54,823 nucleotides of DNA from Neovahlkampfia damariscottae. Lineage: Eukaryota. Below are positions 1 to 11,371 of the stretch, piece after piece. Position 1 is the first letter of the stretch; each line of letters starts with the position of its first letter. Where the stretch lies: NCBI GenBank assembly GCA_016618085.1, contig JABLTG010000139.1, forward strand, positions 1 through 54,823, given 5' to 3'. The position numbers and the translations under genes were made by a program. The notes under the pieces are model-generated. The model was not told the DNA's origin. It searched no databases and worked only from the letters and a program-made list of their open reading frames with translations.

Positions 1-1120
1 AAAAAAAAATAAATATTTTCTTTGTTTGAAAGTTAAAATTAATTTGATTGGTTGTTTTTTCAAACTCCAGTTTCAATTTTCCTTTGTTTCTGTTGGACAA
101 TAATTTTCCGAAAATTTATTTTTTGAACATTTTTATTGGTTATAAAATCAAAGATGAAAAAGGTTCTAATTTGACATTAGTCGTGATTAGAAGGAATCAA
201 CCTATCATTTGCAATTTCAATTTGCCACCACCCAGCTAGTAGTTGTTGCCGACATTCAGTTGTCAGCGATACTCCCAGTAGTTGTTGTCAATATTTAATT
301 ACCAGTTTTTATTGACCGGTCATTTGGTAGGTTGGTCAGCTCTTAAAATCCTTCCCTGTAAAATTGACCATTTTTTAAAAGTTTCAGATTTTACTAAAAC
401 CACCTTACCATATTACCAGTTATTTATCTTATTCCTTTTTGTTAAAATTTAATTGGTAAAGTGGTAATTGTAAATTAAAGTAATAAATTAAATGTTTCAA
501 TTAGATTGGAGTTATTAAATTGCTCAAGGCGAAGCTGGAAGAGAAACCGTCAGGTTTTGAATTTCCGTCTTTTTGTAAATAAATTTATTTATTCACAACT
601 TCGCGCCACACACCACATCTGAGAAGTGTGGCATCTTTGCATTCAACAGGATATAAAATGCACTCATGAGACGAATTTCCAACTTGAAACTGGATATTAC
701 CCATTCTAACATTTTCATCATTATTGTAGGCTCCTTGGAAATCAAGTCTGTAATGAGTATTTCCTTTCTTTGGGTAAATAGTGTGAATTTTGTTGGGGGA
801 AGGAACATCTGTTGAATTTCCAATAAATTTGAACCAATATCTTTCACGCGTGTATCATTACATTTTTTGGTGTTATTCTTACCCATTGATATTTGATATT
901 TGTATTTAATTTTCCAATTTCCTTTTTTATCTCTTCCATAAGCAAAAGGTTCATATATTCCATTTTCGATACATTTGAAATTTTCACATAGTTCATTTCA
1001 ACAATTTTTTGAAACTTATGGTTCATGCTCCAAATTTGTAAACACATTCCGGCTTGGATTTACATGGAAAGAGATATTTAATTGCTTTGAAATATTGATA
1101 TGTATTACATAATATTTTCA

Positions 1121-1450
1121 GGTCAAAATGTCACTTCTGAAATGTATGAGTTTAAAATAATCATTGAATTACCAAGAATGTCTCATTTACATGAAAATGC
1201 TCCATCCAAATGGACAATCAACTCAACAAAAGGAACAATTGAGAAAACAGAAAACAACAGTTGTTTGTTGAACATTAAATGTAAATTTTCAAAGGAATTG
1301 TTGATCGAATGTCAAATATACTATTGTTCAAAAGATTTATGTTTGATGAAAGATTTGAATTTTAAATTAGATATAATTCCGTCAAATCATGATGAAGTGA
1401 TAATTTTACATCATTCAATGAATATATCAGATTCAAAAATAATTGAATAA
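1121..1450 (+). pseudogene. Orphan 3' fragment resembling the C-terminal domain of NHLRC2 (NHL-repeat/thioredoxin protein)
   Basis: LP..SHL.E.APSKW...IYYCS..LCLMK resembles my recollection of the NHLRC2 C-terminus. Preceded by an acceptor-like ttttcag at 1120. No NHL or thioredoxin exons seen upstream. Confidence 0.45.
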
Positions 1451-1669
1451 ATTGAGTTTATCATATCAAATTAGATTGTGTTCGTCCTTGATTTAATTCT
1501 TCAAAAGCGTTTCTAAAAAAATGATAATTTTGACTCTGTATTCGCTGTTGATGCTCTTTGGAGTACAATGTGAAATCCAAATCCTGCCCTTATTTTCAAA
1601 ATTAATATCTACTTGATCCTATTACTTTATCTTTTTTTGTTTTATCCAACATTAAAATACCCGTTTAAA

Positions 1670-2075
1670 CAGTTTTTTAAAGTATTCTTCTATACAAAGA
1701 TATGTCTAAAGGATTTCAAATGTATTGCTTGGATAACATTTATAAGTTAGGTTTAACAAGGGAAATACTTAAAAATAGAACAAGAGGTGAATATGAAAAT
1801 ATTCAAAGAAGATCTTCCAACTTAAAACCTTGGACAGGATATCCATTTAAGAATACATATTTTAATATGTACTCCTTTGATAAAACCTTTAAGAAATTGG
1901 AAAATAATGGAAGTTTGCACCTCATCAAACCTATTTATGATCAATTTTGCTGAATTATTTTCATCAACTATTTTAGATAATACAAATAGAACATATTGTA
2001 AATGTGAGAGTATACAAGATTTTATAGAGTAATTGATGATGGAAGAAATCTAGTTGAACTCAGGGTGTTCAAATA
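1670..2075 (+). pseudogene. Degraded partial paralogue of the surface protein gene at 4379-5857
   Basis: YKDMSKGFQMYCLDNIYKLGLT...LENNGSLHLIKPIYDQF aligns to 4990-5380. Frameshift near 1950, after which similarity resumes (LFSSTILDNTNR.YC.CES). Confidence 0.85.
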
Positions 2076-2388
2076 TTCGAACCTCAAATCAATTTATAAA
2101 TAAATTGCACATTATATGTCATGCCATACTCCTATCTTAAATAATACAATTGTTTAGTTCAACTCAATCACATTTTCCATTATCAATGAATGTTGTTTGT
2201 TGCAATTGAAATCATTCTCAAAACCAAACCCTAATTAAAGATTTATTTGGTGCAAAAGACTGGTGAATAAATTATTAAAGATTTTCTAGTTTTATTGTAG
2301 TGCTATGCTTCAAAATGAACAATTGTCAAATTGTCCAATAAGAATATCGATAATTTATCCGGTAATGAGAACAAACAAACTTACGTGG

Positions 2389-3819
2389 ATGATTGATGAA
2401 TGGGAAATGGTTCTACATTTTGGAACTATTTTATTTTTCATACTAAAAATGTTTCCACATCCATCATTTGAATTTCTCTTCAGAAGGTATTTTGTTTAAA
2501 AAAAAATAAATTAAATATCTCCAATTTAGACCAACTGTTGCAGTTGTCTTTTTAATTTTAGTTTTTTTACATCGATTCAAAACAACTGAATTACCAACTA
2601 GATGGAATGTGAAATTAATTTACATTGTTCAAATATTTACTTTTATTTTACCTTATTATACTTATGAATCATCATTTTGGCCACAAAGTCTCAATATTCT
2701 CTCAATTTTTTTAATTTTATTTTCATTAATGTTCACTTTATTATTACCAAGACCAAAATTACCAACTCCAAGTGGAAGAAAAACTATAGGTACAACAAAG
2801 TTATACTTGGAAGAAAATTTAATAACTAAAGTTTGGTATCCAAGTGAAGAATATTATAAACGAAAGAACATAGTTGATTTTTATATGCTACCAAATTATG
2901 TTAAAGTATTTTCAAAATTGATTAGATTTTATACACCATTTCTATCACATTTTCAATTGATAAAGACTTCTTCTTATTGTGATATACCTCTATCAAATCA
3001 ATACTTGAAATATCCAATTGTCATTTTTAGTCATGATTTATATTGTATTCCAGAATTGTATACACTTTATGCTGAATTTTTTGCATCCAATGGATTCATT
3101 GTTTTTGGAATTTATCATACAGATGGATCTGCTTGTTATGTTCATTTTCCAAAAAGTGAAAAAGAAATTAAATTTCAAAGGGTTTCAAATGCTGATTTAA
3201 ATACAAAAAAAGAATATGATTTGCGTGATAATCAATTAAAGACTAGAATTGAAAATGTGAAATTTTTGATTGATGAAATATTTCAAATATCTCAACAAAA
3301 TCCAAAAGATAATTGTTTGGTTGATGAATTTTTCAATGGGAGATTTGATACATCAAGAATCTATGTGATTGGTCACAGTTTTGGCGGGATAACTGCAGCT
3401 GTTTCTTCCTCCATTGACCAAAGAATAACGTCTGCTATTGCATTAGGTGAGTCATCATTATATACATACTTATTCTTCAAGATGGATGGTTTGCAATGTT
3501 TGATATTGATCAATTAAAATTTGAGAAAAAATTACTGTGTATAAATTCTGAATTTTGGCAATCATCAAGAGACAAACAGAAAATTAAATCTATTTTGAAG
3601 TTTTGTGATGAATCTAAATCATATCTTATTGAAGGAACAAAAAATTCAAATTTTACTGATTTTGGATTTTTATTTCCAACTGCAAAAATGCTCACGAATC
3701 ATTTGGGAAAAGGAGATCAAGAGAAGATTTTAAATATTACAAATAATTTAATGTTGAATTTTATTGAAGATGAAAAAATTGACCAACTTCCAAAAAAAGT
3801 TGTTCAAGAATTTGATTAA
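2389..3819 (+). CDS. PAF-acetylhydrolase-like alpha/beta hydrolase with N-terminal TM helices (possible pseudo-enzyme)
   Basis: Motifs P.P.G...IG, YPIVIFSH, GIYHTDGSA, GHSFGG. Introns 2487-2529 and 3447-3481 restore the frame and give ALDGW. Start codon approximate. Confidence 0.85.
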
Positions 3820-4378
3820 AGATTTTTTCTGTTTTGAAGAATGTTTGGATTTTTAAATTCATCTCTGGTAAATACCTCTGGAAACAATACTTCTAAAAAA
3901 CGCCCAAAAAATTTCATTGGATAAAGAAAATTGATGTTGAGCACCAAGCTTCTTCAATTTCAAAAAATTTTATTTCAATTATGGTACATTTATTAACTGT
4001 AAAAAATGTACTTTCACAGATGAAAGATTTGAATTATTAATTAGAAAAGATTTAAAAGAAGTTACCAAAATCTTAATTGTTGATTATAGTGACAAAAGTG
4101 AATATTCTTTAATGCAAGTTCTTGGAGATGCTTTATTTCAATATGGCAGTTATAGAGAGGATATGAATAAAAATAATGCTATTTTAGTAATTGACAATTC
4201 TCTAATGAACAAATAAACAAAAAAACAGTTGGAAGGTTCCAAATTATTTTTTCTAAAATGAAGCTTCTATTTGAAGAGACAAGTTAATTTTTCATTTTCA
4301 TCACAAAAATGACAATTATTTTGGCGTTAATTAAATTAACAAAATATCTTCTGAAAAGTCATTGTTTTGATTGGTCAA

Positions 4379-5857
4379 ATGAACACATCATTTCTTGCGC
4401 TATTGTTTGTGTTTGCTTCTATTTACATTTGCTATGCCAATGTTCCTTCAGCTTCGTGTGCTACAGTTGAAGTATTTGATTTGCTTGAACCTACATCAGA
4501 GAATAGCAATTTTGAACAATTTGATATTTTAAGTGAAACCAAAGACTGCCGTGACAAAACAGTTTGCCGTATTTTTTGCCCAAGACTCAATGCAACCTTT
4601 CAAAATTCAACTTACACCGAACTTCTTGACCTTACAGGAATTTACAACCAAACTAACGTCACAGAAAAAAGTTATGTTTTTTCATGCTTGAGTCGTTATT
4701 GGGACAATGGTGTTGACGACTGGACTGACCCAAATTCCAAACTATTCAGAGATTATGTTTACAATATTTCAAAGAGTTCATTTCAAGAATATTTTGCAAC
4801 TCATCCACCATGCTCCAAATTTGTCAATGTTCCAAATATCACTGAAAAAAATCCTGATTCATTACTTCAACTTGGGTATAAATGGGAAGATATTCTTCTT
4901 TGCTTTGAAAATATAGATAGTAATTACTTGACACATGTTGGTGTGAATGTTACACTTGACACCTATAATGTTTTATTTAGTGTTCTTTTATACAAAGATA
5001 CATTTAAAGGATTTCAAAAATTTTGTTTGGATAAGATTTATCATTTAGGTTTAACAGGAGAAGCTCTTAAAAATAGAACAAGACAAGCACTATTTGATTA
5101 TGAAAACTTTCAAAGAGTTTCTTACAATACAACACCTTGGAAAGGTGATGAATTTAAAAATCCATATTACAACATGTATTTCTTTGATGAAATTTATAAG
5201 AAATTGGAAAATAATGGAAGTTTGCACCTCATCAAACCGATTTATGATCAATTTGTTGAATTGTTTTCATCAACTGTTTTAGATAATACAAATAGAAGAT
5301 ATTGTAGATGTGAAAGTATGCAAGAGTTTGTCAATCGTGAAGTTGTTAATGATAGAGAACTTCCAGTTGAACTTCGAGTTTTAGGTGATGTATCTTCAGA
5401 TTCAAACTTTAACAAAATGAATCAATTTGTTGGTGGATTATATAGCATTTGCAATGCACATATGGCACAAAAATCACCTGTTGCATCACCAATGAGTTCA
5501 CCAAAAGTTTCATCTGGAATGACACCTCAAACTTCTTCAGGAATGATGCCTCAAGATTCATTTGGAACTCCACCACCACCACAAGATTCTATTACACCAC
5601 CTCCACAAACATCTTCCGGAAATTCTCCTCAAACTTCATCAGCACCACCACAACCTTCACCACAAACTTCTTCAGGAATGACACCACAAGTTTCATCAGG
5701 AAATTCACCGAATGCTTCACCAAAAGCTTCATCAGGAAATTCACCAAAATCAAGTGCTACCACATCTCCTTCACCGGTTGTTTCTCGTTCAACAAGAATT
5801 TATTCATCATTTTCAACAACAGTGTTCCTCATCATGATTTTGATGATCATTATTTAA
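4379..5857 (+). CDS. Secreted, probably GPI-anchored, Cys-rich surface glycoprotein with Ser/Pro/Thr stalk
   Basis: Signal peptide MNTSFLALLFVFASIYICYA, many N-x-S/T sites, PQTSSG-type repeats, hydrophobic C-terminus. Intronless. Confidence 0.85.
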   Translation: MNTSFLALLFVFASIYICYANVPSASCATVEVFDLLEPTSENSNFEQFDILSETKDCRDKTVCRIFCPRLNATFQNSTYTELLDLTGIYNQTNVTEKSYVFSCLSRYWDNGVDDWTDPNSKLFRDYVYNISKSSFQEYFATHPPCSKFVNVPNITEKNPDSLLQLGYKWEDILLCFENIDSNYLTHVGVNVTLDTYNVLFSVLLYKDTFKGFQKFCLDKIYHLGLTGEALKNRTRQALFDYENFQRVSYNTTPWKGDEFKNPYYNMYFFDEIYKKLENNGSLHLIKPIYDQFVELFSSTVLDNTNRRYCRCESMQEFVNREVVNDRELPVELRVLGDVSSDSNFNKMNQFVGGLYSICNAHMAQKSPVASPMSSPKVSSGMTPQTSSGMMPQDSFGTPPPPQDSITPPPQTSSGNSPQTSSAPPQPSPQTSSGMTPQVSSGNSPNASPKASSGNSPKSSATTSPSPVVSRSTRIYSSFSTTVFLIMILMIII

Positions 5858-5987
5858 TTAAAATTATTTTAACAACTTAAAATTCAAAAATTGTTTCAAT
5901 GATAAAACTATGTTTTTTTGTTTTGTTCTGTACCAACACAAATTAAACCTGTAACATTACACACAATTTGTATAATTTTGCGTTTTT

Positions 5988-6704
5988 ATGACCATTTTCT
6001 ATTCTTTCTTATTTTCATCTTTTTAAATGCAATTTTTATAAATTCTGAGCTTTTGAAATTGTAGAAGTTTGTTTTCCTGCTTTATCCAATCAAAAGTTCA
6101 ACGAGAAAACACCCACAAATTGAATATGATGGAGGAGATCAAAATTGATTATCAAAACTTTGTGATTTATTTCAACTTTGAAGATAGTTGGATGAAAATT
6201 TTGTCCGAAAGATATATTGAGGATTAACAAAATAAAGTTTTTTGTCCAAAAACGTCATTCGGAGTACCTCCGCTTATTTCTCCAATTGAGTCTTCAGGAA
6301 TCACACCTCAAGATTCAAATAGTTTACCTCACACATCACCAAATCTGTCGCCATATGCATCACCTAGCAATTCTCCTCAAGAATCAATTGCTCCCCAACA
6401 ATCAAAATTTCCACAATCCTCTTCAGCCCCACAAGAATCATTGACACCACAAACATCTCCAAAAAATTCACCTCATAGATCCACACCTCAAGTTTCACCC
6501 AAAACATCTGAAAAACCACACAACTCTGAATCACCTATTTTTTCACCAAATCCTGGAATGTCAACAAGAACTTCCGCAAGTGCAACCAATTCACCAAAAA
6601 TTACAGTCAAACCAGGTTCACCAATTGTTTCAATTTCAACAAAAAATGATCCTACTTTAATCATTATTGTTATTATGATCATTTTTCAATTATTGATTCA
6701 ATAA
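5988..6704 (+). pseudogene. Disrupted Ser/Pro/Thr-rich GPI-type surface protein gene
   Basis: The frame ending at 6704 (SP/T-rich with hydrophobic tail) carries an in-frame TAA at 6225-6227, and the 5' region is broken. Confidence 0.6.
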
Positions 6705-6713
6705 AAAGAGTAT

Positions 6714-8576
6714 TTATTGTAATTTATTATATTTTAATTGTAATTCTTTTTGTTTAACTTTGAAAGCTAACATTCTCCAAACTTTTGCAACAAAAATATT
6801 TGCTTCATTTCCTAAAATTTCTTCTAAATCTGATACTAAAGTTTCAGGAGTACAATGAAGAGACATATTTGCAACTAAATAATCAAACATAGTTTCTTCT
6901 TCTGAACCTAAAATCTCTTTAATTTTCTTTTTTATAAATTCTTTTAATTCATCAATCAGTTTAAATTGATCAACTAAAATCCAATTAATTTCAATTTTAA
7001 ATAATTCATCAGTTGAATCAGGTATTGAACTAATAATATTTTTTGGATTTAATTGTTTTTCAATTTCTTGTTCATTTTTAATTTCTTCAAAATTAATCAA
7101 TAAATTTTGTTTTGATTGAACATTAGAATCATCTTCTTCTTCATCATTTTGATGAAATATTTCTTTAATTGATTCATCTTCTTTAATAATTTCTTGTTTT
7201 TTTTCTTCTTTATTTTCAATTTGAATTACAACTTTTTCTTCATCTTCTGGAAATATTTCATCATCTTCATTGTCATCTTCTTCAGATGAAAAATATTCAT
7301 AATAATTATATTTCTTTTTTCTTGATAAACATTTTTGATGATTATATTCATCAAAATCATCATCATCTACTTCTTCTTCTTCTTCATCAAAACTATCATC
7401 ATTATGTTGATATTTTCTTTTTTTTAAAGATAATTCTGCTTCATCATGATCAATTTCATATCTTTTCATATATTTTGATTTTAAATATTCTTCATCTTCT
7501 TGTTCTTTTGAATATCTTTTTTCTTTATGAATTTTATATTCTCTTTCTCTTTCTCTATTTTCTAAATATTTTAATTCTTTTTCTCTTTTTCTTTTTAATC
7601 TTTCTTCTTCATCTCTTAAAAAATTAAATCTATCTCTTTCTCTTTTCATTATTCTTTCTTCATTAAATTTTGATTCATTTCTTTTTCTATATTCTCTTTC
7701 TTTTTCTTTTTCAATTTTTTCTCTTTCTCTTTCACTTTCTTTTTTTCTAAACATTCTAATTGATTCTGTCATTAATTGTTTTTTTTCTGCAACAATTTTT
7801 TCATCAACATCTTTAAATTGTCTTTCAATAGTTGTATTAACTGCTCCTAATTCACTTGTTGTATGTAAAGTTTGTAATTTTGTTGATACTCCTTGTTCTG
7901 CAACAAAAAGTGATATTATTTCTTCTCTTATTTTTAAATCTTCTTGTTTTTCTCTTTCATCATCTTCAGCTTTAGCTGCTGCAAGTATTGTATCATCCGC
8001 AATTTGTGGTACATCTGACTTATTACCAGAATATAATAATAAACTCTTTTTTACTTTATATTCTCTTAAATAAGCTTCTGTATCTTGTTGTGCTTTAACA
8101 AGTAATTGATCACCATTAATATCAAGTCCATTCAAATTTCTTAAAGCTTTAATTGCTCCATCTGCTGATTGATACATACAAAACCCATATGTTTTAAAAA
8201 CACCAGAGATAGGATCTTTTACTCTTTGCCATGAATCAACTGAACCACAAACTTCTAAAAGTTTTAATAAAAAATCGTTATTAATTTTGACGTTAATTTT
8301 TGAAACAAAAAGTTTAGTTTGACGATCTCCTAATTGACTAAATGAATGATATTGTGGTAAAAGTTGAGGTTGATACGCTATTTTTTGAAATATAGGAATT
8401 GGTGGTTGTCCTTCTTGTTGTTCTTGTTCTTTTTTTTTTTCTTCTTCAGAAAGTTGTAAAGAAGGTATAGTAACTTTTGGTATAATAGGAGCTGAAAAAG
8501 TTGAGTCAAATTTTCTTTGATCTAAAGATTCATTAATTAATTTTTTCGTTTTTTTTTTTTGTTTACCTGGATTCAT
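6714..8576 (-). CDS. RBM25: RBM25/Snu71-like splicing factor (RRM, RE-rich region, PWI)
   Basis: RRM (LFVSKI...YGFCMY...ALRNLNG), charged region, C-terminal PWI (ISSIP...INW...FVAKVWRMLAF). Probable in-frame intron 8522-8566. Confidence 0.9.
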   Translation of the reverse strand: MNPGKQKKKTKKLINESLDQRKFDSTFSAPIIPKVTIPSLQLSEEEKKKEQEQQEGQPPIPIFQKIAYQPQLLPQYHSFSQLGDRQTKLFVSKINVKINNDFLLKLLEVCGSVDSWQRVKDPISGVFKTYGFCMYQSADGAIKALRNLNGLDINGDQLLVKAQQDTEAYLREYKVKKSLLLYSGNKSDVPQIADDTILAAAKAEDDEREKQEDLKIREEIISLFVAEQGVSTKLQTLHTTSELGAVNTTIERQFKDVDEKIVAEKKQLMTESIRMFRKKESEREREKIEKEKEREYRKRNESKFNEERIMKRERDRFNFLRDEEERLKRKREKELKYLENREREREYKIHKEKRYSKEQEDEEYLKSKYMKRYEIDHDEAELSLKKRKYQHNDDSFDEEEEEVDDDDFDEYNHQKCLSRKKKYNYYEYFSSEEDDNEDDEIFPEDEEKVVIQIENKEEKKQEIIKEDESIKEIFHQNDEEEDDSNVQSKQNLLINFEEIKNEQEIEKQLNPKNIISSIPDSTDELFKIEINWILVDQFKLIDELKEFIKKKIKEILGSEEETMFDYLVANMSLHCTPETLVSDLEEILGNEANIFVAKVWRMLAFKVKQKELQLKYNKLQ

Positions 8577-8646
8577 TCAAACTGAACAAAGCGTATATTT
8601 TATTGGTTCAATTTTTTCAGTTGAAAGAAGAAGAAATAAAAAAAAT

Positions 8647-9402
8647 TTATTTCAAAATATCGTTTGAGTTTAAATAATCAATAACTGACTTATATTCATA
8701 TTTTGTTTGAATTGGAAGATTATTTTTGATAGATTTTCGAATAATGGTGCTAATATTAAATTTAAGAATACAATTTAAAAAACCTTGAAATATCTGATAG
8801 AAAATGTCAAACTAAATAATACTTGAATTTACCATATTCAAATTTAGCTTCAATTGGAAATACAAAATCAGCTTTCACATTTTTGTATCCTGGTCTGCCT
8901 ATTGAAACCACTCCATAGTCTTTTTTTCTGATAGAATAACACCCACATTTTAATAAATGATCAGAACCACAAATATACAACACTCTAAAAATTAGTTGTA
9001 AATTTAAAACCTAATTTTTTCTTTTGGAAACATTTCTTTTAAATATTTTCCAAGTCTCATGACAACAAATGGATAATCAATAAACCTTTCTTGACTTGAT
9101 TCCCATGGATCTGCTTTCAACCATTCTGAACAACCTGCTTCTTCAATTGCCAATTCAATCATTTTTAAACGATCTTCAATTTCAATGTAATCACCTTTAG
9201 ATCTGACATAGTCACCATGACTTGGACTAATATATGCTCCAAGTATTTCAAATTGTTTTGATAGTTCCTCTTTTGCTAATTTGAAAATTTCAATGTGTCC
9301 AATATGAACTGGATTATAGGATCCAGTTCCAATTAACACTGCAAATTCTTTATCACCTTTATTTTGAAGATTTTCCTTCAAGTGTCCTGTTGGTGTAGTC
9401 AT
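8647..9402 (-). CDS. NMNAT: Nicotinamide/nicotinate mononucleotide adenylyltransferase
   Basis: GSYNPVHIGH, ISP, R.KMIELA, W...DPWES, CGSD, DISSTIIR. Introns 8985-9010, 8794-8832 and 8750-8783. Confidence 0.88.
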
Positions 9403-9502
9403 TCAGAAAGTACAGTGAGTTTATTGGATGATAAAAATAGATTTACATTAACCAATAATGACACTCCACATAACTTCACTTCTTCTTGACAAATAATTTT
9501 CA

Positions 9503-10237
9503 ATGGAAGAGATCAAAGAACAATTAAAAGAATCAATAAAAAAAGAAACAAAAAAAAAAGTTTCAGCTGATATTGGCATCAGTTCTTCCACATTAACAAA
9601 CTTTGTTGAAGGAAAAACAAAACCACAAAAAAAAACAGTTGAAAAAATTTTAACATACCTAAAAGTAGAAGAAGTAAAAATGAGTAATTTATTCATCACT
9701 GGTACTTCAAAAGTCAATAAATCAATTACTATCAAAATAGAGAATCAAAAAAAAAAAGAAAAAACTCAACAAGACGTACTCAACGATAAAATACCAGATT
9801 TTGATTTATTCATTGAATTATTGTATATTATCTCAGAAGAATTAAAAGAACCTGATTTAGTTCATATTAAATCTCATTATGAAGAATCATCTAGACAATA
9901 TGAATTATTGATTAAATTAATAGATGGTTACAAATCAGATTATCGAGGATATATTTATTATTATTTTATAGATGGAACACCAAATGAAATAAAAATTGGA
10001 AGAGGAAAAAGTATTAAAAGAATAAGAGATCAAGCAAGTAGAAATAAAAAATATTATTTCTTCAATTATGGAGAAACAGATGAAAGTATGTTAATGGAAA
10101 GAGTTGTACATTTATTACTTAAAGAAAAAAGATTTCATAAAAAAGAAGGAGATGGAAAAACAGAATGGTTCAAAATATCAGAAGAAGAAGCAATAGAAGC
10201 TATTACTATCGCATATAAATTACTAGATATCAAATAG
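9503..10237 (+). CDS. XRE-type HTH fused to a T5orf172/MUG113 (GIY-YIG-like) domain
   Basis: N-terminal VSADIGISSSTLTNFVEGKTKP (cro/C1 HTH). C-terminal GYIY...IKIGR...R...ERVVH..L...EWF. Intronless. Confidence 0.75.
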   Translation: MEEIKEQLKESIKKETKKKVSADIGISSSTLTNFVEGKTKPQKKTVEKILTYLKVEEVKMSNLFITGTSKVNKSITIKIENQKKKEKTQQDVLNDKIPDFDLFIELLYIISEELKEPDLVHIKSHYEESSRQYELLIKLIDGYKSDYRGYIYYYFIDGTPNEIKIGRGKSIKRIRDQASRNKKYYFFNYGETDESMLMERVVHLLLKEKRFHKKEGDGKTEWFKISEEEAIEAITIAYKLLDIK

Positions 10238-10321
10238 ACTTTTATTTTTGACCATTTTGGATGTTCAAACTACTCATATCATCTTCACTTTTGAATAAAT
10301 GAGATGATTGGGAAATTGTCC

Positions 10322-11334
10322 TCAGTTTATGAATAAAAATTCTAAATCTGAAAAAATTTCAAAATTTTGAACAAATGGTAAAATTGGTAATCTAAATTCA
10401 TAGAAATCATTATAAGTGACCCATTCCTCTTCATTATTTTCATCTTCTTCAACTTTTAAAATGTTAGAAAAATTGACACTTCAATACATTCACCACCAAC
10501 ATAATAAAATGAATTTCCTTCACCTAAACAACCTGATCCCCAAGATCTACCTAATATATATTCTATTTTATTCACTTTTATTAACTCAGAATTTAAATCA
10601 AAAATGACTAAATTATTCATTTCTATTCCATGAAATCCACCAAAAAATAAAATTGAGTTATTCCATAAAACTGTTGAAGATCCTATACCAGCAGCAAAAT
10701 ATGTACAATCTGTAATCTCTCTCCATTTTAATGTTTTGAAATCAAAACAAGAAGGATTAGAATAAATTAAATCATCATCATCAGTTAATACTCCACCAAA
10801 AACATATAATTTATCATTAAATATAACTGATCCATGTGCTCTTCTTGGTTTTGTTTCATTTTCTGATTTAATCATTTTCCATTCACGTGATTTGAATCCA
10901 AATTCCCAAAGTTCATTTGATAATCTATTTTGTAATGCTCCACCAAAAATAATCATTTTATCATTATATACATTAGCTGTATGTTGACCACGTGGTGGCG
11001 GTATATTTTTTGAAAATAACAATTTTTTTTTGTATTCATTTTCCAGGTCAAGATTGAAAATATTTTTTATTGTGAAATCCCAAAATACACCTTGAAAACC
11101 ACCATAAACATATAAATAACCTTGGTATATAATGGAAGTATGATAATATCTTCTTATATTTAAAGATAAAATTCTTTTAAATTTTTTTGTTGTCAAATTA
11201 TATTCATAAGAAACTTGTGACTCGTGTGAAGATGAATGATCACCTCCTCCAATTATCAAAATCTTATCTTTATAATAAACCAAGGATTGAGTTTTTTTTC
11301 CACAAGGAATATTTTGAAGTTTCTTGTGGAACAT
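10322..11334 (-). CDS. Kelch-repeat beta-propeller protein
   Basis: Repeated R..H+S......+YV+GG units. A 35-nt intron near 10454-10488 joins the last exon. ATG 11334 follows a CCAAT box. Confidence 0.85.
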
Positions 11335-11371
11335 TTCAAAATATGATTGGATGAACAACAACCAATAAATT

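Noticed and set aside
230..292. Short direct repeats (cccag..gtagttgttg), also gccttagac repeats at 53362-53392
   Set aside because: Only two imperfect units each. Not CRISPR, and no transposon ends or target-site duplication found.
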